NCBI GenBank assembly: GCA_002478275.1
Contig: DLMY01000030.1
Span: 1 to 64,000 of the forward strand
Direction: 5' to 3'
DNA from: Actinobacteria bacterium UBA7524
GTDB taxonomy: Bacteria > Actinomycetota > Coriobacteriia > Anaerosomatales > UBA912
Length of the DNA: 64,000 nucleotides
Position 1 is the stretch's first letter. Each line of letters starts with the position of its first letter. The notes beneath the pieces are model-generated. The model saw only the letters and a list, made by a program, of their open reading frames with translations, was not told the origin of the DNA and ran no database searches. Of the stretch, positions 19,419 through 29,392 are shown in pieces. The position numbers were made by a program, and so were the translations under genes.

Positions 19419-20762
19419 ATGTTCTCGAAGATACTCATCGCCAACCGAGGAGAAGTCGCGCTCCGCGTCATCCGGGCGTGCAAGGAGATGGGCGTCGAGT
19501 CAGTAGCAGTCTACTCGGAAGCGGACAGGGACAGCTTGCACGCGCGAATGGCCGATCACTCGGTGTGTATCGGCCCCGCCCCTTCCGCGTCCAGCTACCT
19601 GAGCATGCCTAACGTCATCTCCGCGGCTCTGACGACCGGGGCCGAAGCCATTCATCCCGGCTACGGGTTCCTCGCCGAGAACGCCGCGTTCGCCCGCGCG
19701 GTCGGTGAATCGGGTATGGCGTTCATCGGTCCGAGTCCCGAGGCCATTGAGCGTATGGGCGACAAGGCGAAGGCGAGAGCGACCGCGATGGCCGCCGGGG
19801 TCCCCTGCGTTCCCGGTAGCGATGGCGAGATCGAAAGCGTCGAAGAGGCACTGCATTTCGCCAGACAGGTCGGGTTCCCTGTTCTCGTGAAAGCTTCGGC
19901 CGGCGGGGGCGGTAAGGGGATGCGGCTCGCCGCCGATGAACAGGAGCTTCGGACGAACTTCGCTGCCGCGAAGAACGAGGCCGCCGCCGCGTTCGGCAAC
20001 GACGGTGTCTACATAGAGAAGTTCATCACGCGTCCGCGTCACGTGGAGATCCAGGTGCTCGCGGACGATCACGGAAACGCCATACATCTTTTCGAGCGCG
20101 ATTGTTCGGTTCAAAGAAGGCATCAGAAGCTCATCGAGGAAGCGCCGTCACCCGCGATGACTCCCGAGCTGAGAACCGCGATGGGGGAGGCCGCTCTCTC
20201 GCTCGTCAGGGCGGTGGACTACCGCAACGCGGGCACGGTCGAGTTCCTGCTCGACGCGGACCGAAGCTTCTACTTCATGGAGATGAACACGCGAGTGCAG
20301 GTCGAGCATCCGGTGACCGAGCAGATCACCGGCGTCGACATCATCAAGGAGCAGATCAGGATAGCCTCAGGTCAGCCTATGAAGCATGCGGATCAGGCCG
20401 ACGTCGAATTGCGCGGCCACGCTATCGAGTTCCGCATCAATGCCGAGGATCCCGAACACGACTTCCGGCCGAATCCGGGCGAGGTCAAGGTATTCAACGC
20501 GCCCGGCGGGTTCGGGGTACGCGTGGATACCCACCTGTACTCCGGCTACCATGTCCCGCCCTACTATGATTCACTGTTGGCCAAGCTCGTTGTGTGGGGA
20601 GAGAGCCGTGCCGAGGCCATCGCCCGTGCGCGTCGGGCGCTCGACGAGTTCATCGTCGTCGGCATCCCGACCACCGTCTCGTTCCATCAGGAAGTCATCG
20701 AGACCGAAGCTTTCATCAGTGGCGAGGTCTATACTGACTTCATCGACCAGCACATGTCCTGA
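19419..20762 (+). CDS. accC: Biotin carboxylase
   Basis: KILIANRGEVA, HPGYGFLAEN, GGGGKGMR, ERDCSVQRRHQK, EMNTRVQVEH. Confidence 0.95.
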   Translation: MFSKILIANRGEVALRVIRACKEMGVESVAVYSEADRDSLHARMADHSVCIGPAPSASSYLSMPNVISAALTTGAEAIHPGYGFLAENAAFARAVGESGMAFIGPSPEAIERMGDKAKARATAMAAGVPCVPGSDGEIESVEEALHFARQVGFPVLVKASAGGGGKGMRLAADEQELRTNFAAAKNEAAAAFGNDGVYIEKFITRPRHVEIQVLADDHGNAIHLFERDCSVQRRHQKLIEEAPSPAMTPELRTAMGEAALSLVRAVDYRNAGTVEFLLDADRSFYFMEMNTRVQVEHPVTEQITGVDIIKEQIRIASGQPMKHADQADVELRGHAIEFRINAEDPEHDFRPNPGEVKVFNAPGGFGVRVDTHLYSGYHVPPYYDSLLAKLVVWGESRAEAIARARRALDEFIVVGIPTTVSFHQEVIETEAFISGEVYTDFIDQHMS

Positions 20763-20792
20763 CCGACCGGAGGCATGAGGTGAGGTGCGCAT

Positions 20793-21146
20793 ATGTCCGA
20801 TGAGATCAGACTTGAGGGGCTCGGTCTTGCGCCGGGAGTACTCGAGACCATCGTCACCTTGGCAGCTCAGGAGGTCGAAGGCGTCGCGCATGTCGGTTCA
20901 CCGGGGCTTGCCGGACTCGTGAACAAGAGCGGCGCGAGAGGTACGGCGGCAAGGCCCATCGAGATCACCGTCGACGACCAGGGTGCGATCCATGTAGCCG
21001 TGCACATAGAGATCCTTTACGGCAGTCCTCTGCGCAAGGTCGCCAGGGCCGTGCAGCAGGCGGTTGGTGACGCGGTGCTCAGTCAGGTGGGCACGTCCGT
21101 CAAGGCGGTAGATGTGTTCGTCGACGGCATCGAGTTCGGGTCGTAG
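20793..21146 (+). CDS. Asp23/Gls24 family protein (YqhY-like)
   Basis: VLETIV.LAA.EVEGV, YG..L..VA..VQ..V, VDVFVDGI; typical accC-nusB position. Confidence 0.88.
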   Translation: MSDEIRLEGLGLAPGVLETIVTLAAQEVEGVAHVGSPGLAGLVNKSGARGTAARPIEITVDDQGAIHVAVHIEILYGSPLRKVARAVQQAVGDAVLSQVGTSVKAVDVFVDGIEFGS

Positions 21147-21173
21147 GGTTCGATGACGGGTAGGCCTGCATAG

Positions 21174-21611
21174 ATGATGCTCGAACGCTCCCGTGCGCGA
21201 CGCCAGGCGCTGCACATCCTGTACCAGCGCGAGATCACTGGTGATAGCGCGGCTCGAATCCTCGCTGAAGGCCTGCACAGTCCCGAAGACGGTGAACCGT
21301 CGGAGTTCTGTCGCGCGCTACTGGACGGGGTCGAGGCCAATCAGGACAGCATCGACGAGGCACTCGGAGCGATCTCGGAGCACTGGACCGTAGCCCGGAT
21401 GCCTCTGGTCGACCGCAACATCCTGCGGCTCGCGGCCTATGAGATACTCTATGTCGATGATATCCCCGCATCGGTATCGATCAACGAAGCGGTCGAGATG
21501 GCCAAGGTCTACGGCGGGGATGACTCTTCGAAGTTCGTCAATGGGGTCCTCGGCAGGTTGGCCGAGCAGGGTGAAGCAGGGAAGGTGGGTTCGAGTCCCG
21601 AAGATGGCTGA
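21174..21611 (+). CDS. nusB: Transcription antitermination factor NusB
   Basis: RSRARRQALHILYQ, DRNILRL, INEAVEMAK, FVNGVL. Confidence 0.96.
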   Translation: MMLERSRARRQALHILYQREITGDSAARILAEGLHSPEDGEPSEFCRALLDGVEANQDSIDEALGAISEHWTVARMPLVDRNILRLAAYEILYVDDIPASVSINEAVEMAKVYGGDDSSKFVNGVLGRLAEQGEAGKVGSSPEDG

Positions 21612-21945
21612 TGAGCGATACGGTTTCGCTGAGGCACGTGAACGCCTCGAGGAGATAGTGACTCAGGTCCGAAAGAAGGACGTCTCTCTCGAGCAGAGTC
21701 TCGACTTGCTCGAAGAAGGCGTGCGGCTTGCGAACCTGTGTACCGAGCTCTCGGACCACACTGAATGGCAGAAGGTGGCCGATGAGCGCTCCGAGACCGT
21801 TGCTGACGAGAGCATGGTACCGGTCGAGGTTGTGCGGGTGGAGACGGGCGCGTCCGGTCCGGATGAGGAAGTCCCTGTGACAAGCGAGGACACTGTGGTC
21901 ACACCGGGCGAGGTCACGGTGGAAGAAGACGTCGCAGACGGGTAA
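21604..21945 (+). CDS. xseB: Exodeoxyribonuclease VII small subunit with acidic C-terminal tail
   Basis: FAEARERLEEIV...SLEQSLDLLEEGVRL...C. Confidence 0.85.
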   Translation: MADERYGFAEARERLEEIVTQVRKKDVSLEQSLDLLEEGVRLANLCTELSDHTEWQKVADERSETVADESMVPVEVVRVETGASGPDEEVPVTSEDTVVTPGEVTVEEDVADG

Positions 21946-22079
21946 CGCACCGATGACGCTCTCGCCTCGCAGGTTGTGAGAGGCGTCGCGGCAGCAGTAT
22001 GCTTGAAGACAGTCCCGCCACCCCCTGAGGCGGTCCGAGGCCGGCATCGGACACACCGCTGGTTTATAAGGAGCACCTG

Positions 22080-24023
22080 TTGGACCCCGGGCGTATCCTC
22101 GATTCCATACAATCGCCAGAGCAGCTTCGCGAACTCGATGAGGCTGCATTGAGCAAGCTCGCGTCAGAGATTCGAGCTGAGCTGATCGGTACGGTCGCGC
22201 GTACGGGCGGTCATCTCGCACCGAATCTCGGGGTCGTGGAGTTGACGCTGGGCATCCATCGTGCACTCGACTGTCCGCGAGACAAGATCATCTGGGACGT
22301 CGGACATCAGTCCTACGTTCACAAGCTCGTCACCGGCAGAGCGGAGCGCTTCGGGACGCTCAGGCAATACGGAGGGGTGTGCGGCTTTCCGAAGCGATCT
22401 GAGAGCCCTTACGACTCCTTCGACACCGGACACGCCTCGAACTCCCTGTCGATCGCCCTGGGACTCGCGGCGGCCAGAGAAGCCGCCCGAGGTGACGAGT
22501 GTATCGTGGCTGTCATCGGCGATGGGTCGATGACCGGAGGCATGGCCTTCGAGGCCTTGAACCATATCGGTCATCTCGGGATGCCTCTGGTGATCGTTCT
22601 GAACGACAACGAGATGTCGATCGCCGAGAACGTCGGCGCTTTGGCGAGCTATCTCGCGCGGGTCAGACTCGACCCGCGGTACAACCGCTTGCGTGATGAC
22701 GTGGAATCGGCACTGGCCAGGACACGCCTTGGCGCGGCCATGGTCGCCGCAGGAGAAGCAGCCAAGGAATCGGTCAAGCAGCTCCTGGTGCCCGGCATGC
22801 TCTTCGAGGAACTCGGTCTGAAGTACGTCGGCCCCATCGACGGCCATAACGTCGCGGCGGTCCAGTCGGCGGTCACCCGCGCCCGACAGGTGGACGGCCC
22901 GGTCATCATCCACGCCGTCACGAGGAAAGGGTCGGGCTACGAGCATGCAGAGGCGAAACCCGACGCCTTCCACGGCATCGGTCCGTTCTCGGTCGAGACA
23001 GGCAAGGCCAACGGAGGTGGCAGCGAGGTGCTGTCCTACACCGAGGTCTTCAGTAATGCGCTTGTGACCGAGGCCAGGCACGATGAGCGCATCGTAGCCA
23101 TCACTGCGGCGATGCCCGCGGGGACGGGTCTGGACCGCTTCGCGGAACTGTATCCGGAGAGATTCTTCGATGTCGGCATCGCCGAACAGCACGCGGTCGG
23201 GTTGGCCGCGGGCCTTGCTTTGGGTGGACGTCGGCCCGTTGTCGCGATCTACTCCACTTTCCTCCAGCGTGCGTACGATCAGGTGATCATGGACGTGGCG
23301 CTCCAGAATCTCCCTGTGGTCTTCTGCATCGACCGTGCAGGGCTCGTGGGTGAGGACGGTCCGACGCACCATGGGGTGTTCGACCTGAGCTACCTCAGGG
23401 CTGTGCCCAACCTGATGGTCATGGCGCCCTCCAGCGAGAGGGAACTCGTCAACGCCTTGCACACGGCACTCGCCGCAGGTGGGCCTGTCGCCATCCGCTA
23501 TCCGCGAGGTGGAGGCATCGGTGCGCCCGTGCCGGAACACCCTGTCGTACTTGAGGCCGGTCGGGGACAGATCCTTCGCGAGGGCGATGATGTCGCCCTG
23601 CTGGCGGTGGGCAGGATGGTGGCCATGGCTGAGACCGCCGCGGAGATGCTCGATGCGGACGGGGTGTCCGCTACCGTCATCGATATGCGATGGGTCAAGC
23701 CGATCGACCTTGAACTGATCTCTGAGGCGGCCAGGGGTCATCGACTCCTGGTCACGCTGGAGGAGAACACCGGGCTTGGAGGGTTCGGTGCTGCCGTACT
23801 CGAAGCTCTCGCCGATCTGGGATCGGAAGCTTCGGTGCTCCGCCTCGCGATCCCGGACTGTTTCGTGACGCATGGGGTTACCGGCAAACTGATGGCGGAA
23901 GTCGGTCTGACGCCAGAGGGCATCCGCGGGGCGGTCCTGGGCAGGCTCCTTGAAGTCCCCGGCACGACAGCACGCAAGGATTCCGGATATGACGCGAATC
24001 CGAGTAGACGCCGTCCTGGTTAG
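22080..24023 (+). CDS. dxs: 1-deoxy-D-xylulose-5-phosphate synthase
   Basis: TTG after AAGGAG; GGHLAPNLG, WDVGHQSY, GDGSMTGG..ND, IAEQHA, DGPTHHG. Confidence 0.97.
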   Translation: MDPGRILDSIQSPEQLRELDEAALSKLASEIRAELIGTVARTGGHLAPNLGVVELTLGIHRALDCPRDKIIWDVGHQSYVHKLVTGRAERFGTLRQYGGVCGFPKRSESPYDSFDTGHASNSLSIALGLAAAREAARGDECIVAVIGDGSMTGGMAFEALNHIGHLGMPLVIVLNDNEMSIAENVGALASYLARVRLDPRYNRLRDDVESALARTRLGAAMVAAGEAAKESVKQLLVPGMLFEELGLKYVGPIDGHNVAAVQSAVTRARQVDGPVIIHAVTRKGSGYEHAEAKPDAFHGIGPFSVETGKANGGGSEVLSYTEVFSNALVTEARHDERIVAITAAMPAGTGLDRFAELYPERFFDVGIAEQHAVGLAAGLALGGRRPVVAIYSTFLQRAYDQVIMDVALQNLPVVFCIDRAGLVGEDGPTHHGVFDLSYLRAVPNLMVMAPSSERELVNALHTALAAGGPVAIRYPRGGGIGAPVPEHPVVLEAGRGQILREGDDVALLAVGRMVAMAETAAEMLDADGVSATVIDMRWVKPIDLELISEAARGHRLLVTLEENTGLGGFGAAVLEALADLGSEASVLRLAIPDCFVTHGVTGKLMAEVGLTPEGIRGAVLGRLLEVPGTTARKDSGYDANPSRRRPG

Positions 24024-24783
24024 CCGTGGGCTGTTCCCGTCGAGGGAGCGGGCCCGGGCGGCGATACTAGCGGGCGAGGTCCGTGTCGACGGCCACATCG
24101 TGGACAAGGCCGGTACGAAGATCTCACAGGATGCCCGGATCGAGGTCGCCTCCACCCAGCGGTACGTGTCCCGGGGTGGCCTGAAGCTGGAGGGCGCCCT
24201 GAACGGCTTCTCGATGTCCGTGACCGGCATCCGCGCGGTTGACATCGGAGCGTCGACCGGTGGATTCACGGACTGTCTTCTGCAGCATGGTGCGGTGCAC
24301 GTCACGGCGGTGGATGTCGGATACGGACAATTGGCCTGGAGTCTGCGCAACGACCCGCGAGTGGACGTGTTCGAACGCACCAACATCCGCTATGTCGACC
24401 CTGAAGAGCTCGGTGCACCGTTCGACCTGGCGGTGGTGGATGTCTCCTTCATCGGGCTGCGTGTGGTGCTTCCGCATGTTCTGGGGCTCCTCGGCGAACA
24501 TGGTACGTTGCTGGCTTTGGTTAAACCTCAGTTCGAAGTCGGTAAGAGCCGTGTGGGAAAACGAGGTGTGGTGCGGGATCCCGCCCTGCACGAGGAGGTA
24601 CTCGGTGCGGTCACGGACGAACTTGGAGCGGCAGGTATGAAGGTGCGGGGGCTTCACTGGTCGCCTGTGAAGGGCCCGGAGGGTAACATCGAGTTCTGGG
24701 TGTGGGCCGACAGAGAGGGTCCTGAGGCCGTTGTGGATGTGCATGACTTGGTTGCGCGCGCACACGAGGAGCTGGGGGCATGA
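23989..24783 (+). CDS. tlyA: TlyA family rRNA 2'-O-methyltransferase
   Basis: S4 domain, YVSRGGLKL, DIGASTGGFTD, KPQFE, GNIEF. Confidence 0.96.
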   Translation: MTRIRVDAVLVSRGLFPSRERARAAILAGEVRVDGHIVDKAGTKISQDARIEVASTQRYVSRGGLKLEGALNGFSMSVTGIRAVDIGASTGGFTDCLLQHGAVHVTAVDVGYGQLAWSLRNDPRVDVFERTNIRYVDPEELGAPFDLAVVDVSFIGLRVVLPHVLGLLGEHGTLLALVKPQFEVGKSRVGKRGVVRDPALHEEVLGAVTDELGAAGMKVRGLHWSPVKGPEGNIEFWVWADREGPEAVVDVHDLVARAHEELGA

Positions 24784-25637
24784 TGAACACGCGGGTTCTG
24801 CTCGTACCGAACAACCGGAACACGAAAGCTCTCGCAGCAGCTCAGGAACTGGAGGCTTGGCTCGCCGAGGAGGGATTCGAGCCAGTGCTCGCCGCTGAGG
24901 ACGCTGCCGCAGTGGGTGTTCCTTCACGGGGGGTCGTGCCGACCGAGATAGGCACGCCGGCGCTGGCCGTCGCGCTTGGCGGAGACGGGACCATCCTGAA
25001 GGCCGTTCACGTGTTGGGTGAGGTCGACACGCCGATCCTCGGCGTCAACCTGGGCAGACTCGGCTTCCTGAGCGGTGCTTCGGGCGCGAACATGCGGGCC
25101 GCCGTGACGACCGCGCTTGCAGGCGAGGGGAAGATCGAGTGCCGCGCTACGCTTGAGGCTGAGGTCGTGATGGAAGGCCGTGTCGTCGGCCGGTACCGGG
25201 CGCTGAACGAAGTGACGCTCGGCAGGGGGAGTTCCGGACGCGTCATCGAGATCGCGCTCGATATCAACGGAGCGAGAGTCACGACCCTCACGGGAGACGG
25301 GGTCGTGGTCGCCACACCGACGGGGTCGACCGCGTACGCGCTGTCGGTCGGTGGACCGATCGTGTCGCCGGAGGTCCCGTGCCAGGTGGTGGTGCCGGTC
25401 GCCCCGCACACACTGGCTCAAAGGGCGATGGTGTTGTCGCCGAGCGATGTCGTGGACCTGAGGCTGATGAATCCAGCGCGTAGAGATGCCTGCATCCACG
25501 TCGATGGCGAGGTAATGCCTTGCAGACGCTCGATCGAGAGCGTGTCGGTTCGCAGGGGTTCCCATGAGGTCAGACTCGTGAAGCTTGAGGGCCGGGACTT
25601 CTTCGAAGTGGTCCGTGCCGAGTTCTTGGGAAGCTAG
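24780..25637 (+). CDS. nadK: NAD kinase
   Basis: GGDGT, GRLGFL, LNE, TPTGSTAYALSVGGP. Confidence 0.96.
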   Translation: MMNTRVLLVPNNRNTKALAAAQELEAWLAEEGFEPVLAAEDAAAVGVPSRGVVPTEIGTPALAVALGGDGTILKAVHVLGEVDTPILGVNLGRLGFLSGASGANMRAAVTTALAGEGKIECRATLEAEVVMEGRVVGRYRALNEVTLGRGSSGRVIEIALDINGARVTTLTGDGVVVATPTGSTAYALSVGGPIVSPEVPCQVVVPVAPHTLAQRAMVLSPSDVVDLRLMNPARRDACIHVDGEVMPCRRSIESVSVRRGSHEVRLVKLEGRDFFEVVRAEFLGS

Positions 25638-25638
25638 A

Positions 25639-27261
25639 GTGCTGCGAGAACTCCATATCAGGGACTTGGCGTTGATCGAGGACGTATGGCTGGAATTCGC
25701 GCCAGGGATGACCGTGTTGAGCGGTGAGACCGGTGCGGGTAAGACCGCGCTGGTGGGGGCGTTGAAGCTGCTGGTCGGGGAGCGCGGTGACAGCACTCTC
25801 GTGAGGGCGGGGGCACAGGAGGCGAGGGTAGAGGGCGCTTTCCTGGTCGGGGAGCGCGAGATACTCGCAAAACGACGTATCGGTGCCGATGGGCGCTCCC
25901 GGTGTACGCTCGACGGCGAGATGTCGACGGTCGGAGCATTGGCTGAGCACCTCGGCCCGCTGATCGACCTGCACGGGCAGCATGAACACCAGTCACTGCT
26001 ACAGCCTGCACGTCATGTGGGTTATCTCGACCGTTTCGCTGGCGACACGGCGACCCGGGTGCTGATGGGGTACCGCGAGCGACTCGGCGAGTATCACGAG
26101 GCAGTCGATGCTCTGGTGCGGTTGGAGCGTTCGCTTGACGAAGCCGAGAAGCGGGCCGATTATCTTCGGTTCGTTGTGGCCGAGATCGAGTCGGCTGCGC
26201 CCACGGAAGGGGAAGACGAGCTCATAGGGGCGAAGATCCCCGTGTTGCAGCATTCCGAGCGGTTGGCTGCTGCTTCGGGGGAGGCGTACCTGGCTTTGCG
26301 GGGTGAAGGTGGCGCGTCGGACATCGCCGGAGTCGCCGTCTCCGCGCTTGCGAGGACCTCGGGGCTCGACCCTGTTCTCGACGAGCTGATGGCGCGTCTT
26401 CGTGATGCTCTGGTGTCTATCGAGGACATCGGGATGGAGCTGCGCTCCTATGGCGAGGGCCTTGAGCACGCACCTGGTGAACTCGACGCTTTGCAGGCAC
26501 GCGCGGCGACGCTTGCTGGTCTTAAGAAGAAACATGGTCCATCGTTGACTGATGTGCTTCGCACGGGTGCCGAGGCCGCTGAGGGCCTAGCCGCTCTCGA
26601 TGATGGAGGTCGGGCGCTGGAACGCGCGCGAGCGGGGGTCGAAGCCGCCCGTGCGGCGCTGTCCGAGGCCGGTGAGGCATTGATCGCTCTCCGGGCCGGA
26701 GTGGTCGAGGAGTTCCTCACTCGACTTCATGCCGCGTTGGAGGACCTCTCGATGAAGGGTGCGAGGTTCGAGGTCGAATTCGAGGACCTCGCACTTTCGG
26801 ATTGGACCGAGGATGGTCCGCATAAGGTCGAGTTCATGTATGCACCGGGAGCGGGACAGCCCTTCCGTCCTCTGGCGCGGATCGCTTCGGGTGGTGAGAT
26901 CTCGCGGGTGATGCTCGCGCTCAAGGGCGTTCTGGGTAGCGCGGATGATGTCCCCGTTCTCGTGTTCGACGAGATCGATGCAGGCATCGGAGGCGCGACG
27001 GCGCTCGATGTCGGGCGTAGGTTGCGTTCGTTGGCCGAGCGCCATCAGGTTCTGGTGGTGACACACCTCGCCCAGGTCGCGGTATTCGCTGATGCACACA
27101 TGGTGGTCGAGAAGACCTCGGACGATGACGGGGTGCATACGGCGGTGAGGACCGTGGATGCGGAGGCGCGGGTCGAAGAGGTGGCACGGATGCTCTCCGG
27201 TGCTGACAGCGAAGCGAGCCGCATCCATGCCCGGGAGTTGCTTGAGTCGGCGCGTTCCTGA
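25639..27261 (+). CDS. recN: DNA repair protein RecN
   Basis: GETGAGKT, HGQHEHQ, ASGGEISR, FDEIDAG, VTHLAQVA. Confidence 0.96.
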   Translation: MLRELHIRDLALIEDVWLEFAPGMTVLSGETGAGKTALVGALKLLVGERGDSTLVRAGAQEARVEGAFLVGEREILAKRRIGADGRSRCTLDGEMSTVGALAEHLGPLIDLHGQHEHQSLLQPARHVGYLDRFAGDTATRVLMGYRERLGEYHEAVDALVRLERSLDEAEKRADYLRFVVAEIESAAPTEGEDELIGAKIPVLQHSERLAAASGEAYLALRGEGGASDIAGVAVSALARTSGLDPVLDELMARLRDALVSIEDIGMELRSYGEGLEHAPGELDALQARAATLAGLKKKHGPSLTDVLRTGAEAAEGLAALDDGGRALERARAGVEAARAALSEAGEALIALRAGVVEEFLTRLHAALEDLSMKGARFEVEFEDLALSDWTEDGPHKVEFMYAPGAGQPFRPLARIASGGEISRVMLALKGVLGSADDVPVLVFDEIDAGIGGATALDVGRRLRSLAERHQVLVVTHLAQVAVFADAHMVVEKTSDDDGVHTAVRTVDAEARVEEVARMLSGADSEASRIHARELLESARS

Positions 27262-27269
27262 GTCCGGCA

Positions 27270-27360
27270 CGGAGCCAGCCCGGGTCTGGTAGAATCCCAA
27301 GCGCTTACGCTGGGTGTGATCGAGGATGCGTTCAGACCGGAGCCAGCGCGGGGTGGTAGA
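27270..27360 (+). repeat. Imperfect ~24-bp direct repeat upstream of steA; copy 1 contains an extended -10 (TGgTAGAAT)
   Basis: CGGAGCCAGC-CCGGGTC-TGGTAGA (27270-27293) and CGGAGCCAGC-GCGGGG-TGGTAGA (27338-27360). Confidence 0.6.
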
Positions 27361-27374
27361 GAGAGGCCAGCAGT

Positions 27375-28496
27375 ATGCGGCATCAAGGCATCGCCAGGCT
27401 AGACAGGCGAACCAAGGATCTGGTCAAGCGGCTGGACTCCGACGACATCGCCGTAATAGACCATATGGATATCGACCGAGTGAGTGCTGAAGCGCTGATC
27501 GGCACGGGTGTGGAGTGTGTCGTCAACGCATCTCCGTCCATCACAGGTACGTATCCCAACGTGGGACCGCTGCTGCTTGCTCGTGGAGGCGTGCATCTGC
27601 TCGACCGAGTGGGGCCCGCTGTCTTCGAACGCATACGAGAGGGTGCTCCTATCGAGATCATCGGTACGGAGGTTTGGTCGAACGGAGAACATATAGCGTC
27701 GGGAACCTGGTTGACGGTCGAGTCCATTGAGGAAGCGATGGAGAAGGCCAAGGCCGGGATAGGGGAGCAGCTCGACAGATTCGCACGCAACACCCTCGAG
27801 TTCCTCGACAAGGAGAAGGCTCTTCTGACTGAGGCGGTCGGGATACCGCAGACTCGGGTGAGCCTCCGCGGTCGGCACGTATTGGTCGTGGTGCGGGGCC
27901 ATGGCTATCGAGAGGACCTTCAGGCGCTCAGGCCCTACATTCGCGAGATGAAGCCGGTGTTGATCGGGGTCGACGGAGGAGCCGACGCGATCCTAGAAGC
28001 GGGTTTCACTCCCGACATCATCGTGGGTGATATGGATTCTGTCACCGACGGTGCGCTGCGAAGTGGGGCCGAGTTGATCGTCCACGCCTATCCGGATGGG
28101 CGCGCTCCGGGAATGGCCCGTATCGAGTCACTGGGTATCGAGGCTTCGACATGGCCACTCGCTGCGACCAGCGAGGACCTCGCGCTTCTCCTCGCATATG
28201 AGTCCGATGCGGACCTGATCGTTGCAGTGGGTACTCACGCCAATCTGGTCGAGTACCTGGACAAAGGGCGCAACGGCATGGCTTCGACGTTCCTCGTGCG
28301 CCTGAAGGTCGGCCCTAAGCTTGTTGACGCCAAGGGTGTCAACCAACTCTATCGTTCGGCGGTGGGCACTTCGGACCTGCTACTTCTGGCGGGAGCAGGG
28401 CTGGTGGCCATCTCCGCCATAGTGACCATTTCGCCACCGGCCAGGGGACTACTGTCGCTCATCCTGCTGCGCGTACGCGCGTGGATCGGGATCTGA
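27375..28496 (+). CDS. steA: SteA-family septal protein (thiamine pyrophosphokinase-like domain, C-terminal TM)
   Basis: DRRTKDLVKRL, DIAVIDH.DID, YPNVGP, IGVDGGAD, VGDMDS, MASTFLVRLKVG..LVDAKGV; follows recN. Confidence 0.88.
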   Translation: MRHQGIARLDRRTKDLVKRLDSDDIAVIDHMDIDRVSAEALIGTGVECVVNASPSITGTYPNVGPLLLARGGVHLLDRVGPAVFERIREGAPIEIIGTEVWSNGEHIASGTWLTVESIEEAMEKAKAGIGEQLDRFARNTLEFLDKEKALLTEAVGIPQTRVSLRGRHVLVVVRGHGYREDLQALRPYIREMKPVLIGVDGGADAILEAGFTPDIIVGDMDSVTDGALRSGAELIVHAYPDGRAPGMARIESLGIEASTWPLAATSEDLALLLAYESDADLIVAVGTHANLVEYLDKGRNGMASTFLVRLKVGPKLVDAKGVNQLYRSAVGTSDLLLLAGAGLVAISAIVTISPPARGLLSLILLRVRAWIGI

Positions 28497-28518
28497 GAAG
28501 GATCGAGAGGGAAAGACC

Positions 28519-29367
28519 GTGTACAACCTTCGATACCACATCGTGTCGCTCGTTGCGGTGTTCCTGTCGCTGACGATCGGGTTGCTGCTGGGAACGATCG
28601 TCGCCGAGAGAGGTACGCTTGATGCCCAGAGAAGCGCTCTGGTCTCAAGCCTGGAACGCGACTTCGCCGAACTCTCGGAACGCAATGCGACCTTGCAGGC
28701 GGAGAACGAGACCAGAGCGGATTTCGTAGGTGCGATCCTGCCGGAGCTCATCGGCGGGAGACTTGCGGACAAGACGATCCTGCTGATCGTCAATTCCGGT
28801 CGTACCGACGGACTCGGCTCTACGCAGGAGGCTATCGTCTCGGCCGGGGGTGTACCCGTCACGCTCACGATCGAGCGGCAAGGACTGGGACTTGATGACC
28901 CGGAAGTCCAGTCCGCGCTGGGGCGTGAGTCGGATACGGACGAAGAGACCTGGCAGCGTTCTATTGAGACGAGCCTTGCTCTGGAGTGGTCGTCGGCTGG
29001 GGAGCGTCCTTTGACTGAGGCACTCATGGAGCTTGGGATCCTCGGGTATGATGGCTTCGACCCTGAGACCGCAGTGGATGCGGTCGGTGTGCTTGCATCG
29101 TGGGACATGGAGCCTGCTGAGCGGATCCTGGACATTGCCGAGCGAATGGACGAAGCCGGCACAATCGCCATAGGTATCGAGGCACTTGGACGCAACACAG
29201 GTGTAGCAGTTGCCGCTGTGGACCACGGCCTATCCGCTGTCGATCACATGAGGCTCCCGGAAGGGACGTACTCTCTCGTGATGCTGCTCGCTGGTGAGGC
29301 CGAGGGCTACTTCGGATCGGGCGATACCGCGATCGCGCGGTACCCGCGCACTCTGCGCGAGGAGTGA
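28519..29367 (+). CDS. steB: SteB / MctB (DUF3186, 'copper transporter') family protein
   Basis: RYHIVSLVAVFLSLTIGLLLG N-terminus, coiled coil, SAVDH, G.FG C-terminus; follows steA. Confidence 0.88.
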   Translation: MYNLRYHIVSLVAVFLSLTIGLLLGTIVAERGTLDAQRSALVSSLERDFAELSERNATLQAENETRADFVGAILPELIGGRLADKTILLIVNSGRTDGLGSTQEAIVSAGGVPVTLTIERQGLGLDDPEVQSALGRESDTDEETWQRSIETSLALEWSSAGERPLTEALMELGILGYDGFDPETAVDAVGVLASWDMEPAERILDIAERMDEAGTIAIGIEALGRNTGVAVAAVDHGLSAVDHMRLPEGTYSLVMLLAGEAEGYFGSGDTAIARYPRTLREE

Positions 29368-29392
29368 CGCGCAGTCCATCCGAGCGCAGCTG

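Noticed and set aside
21946..22079. TPP riboswitch upstream of dxs
   Set aside because: Hairpins are present, but the conserved TPP aptamer motifs were not found.
22164..24386. 740-aa antisense ORF, plus other long antisense ORFs such as 15568-17010, 17528-18943 and 51141-52511
   Set aside because: Shadow frames of well-supported GC-rich genes, with no recognisable motifs.
28519..29367. Literal copper transporter or porin function
   Set aside because: The family label is historical; single-TM topology and pairing with steA favour a SteB role.
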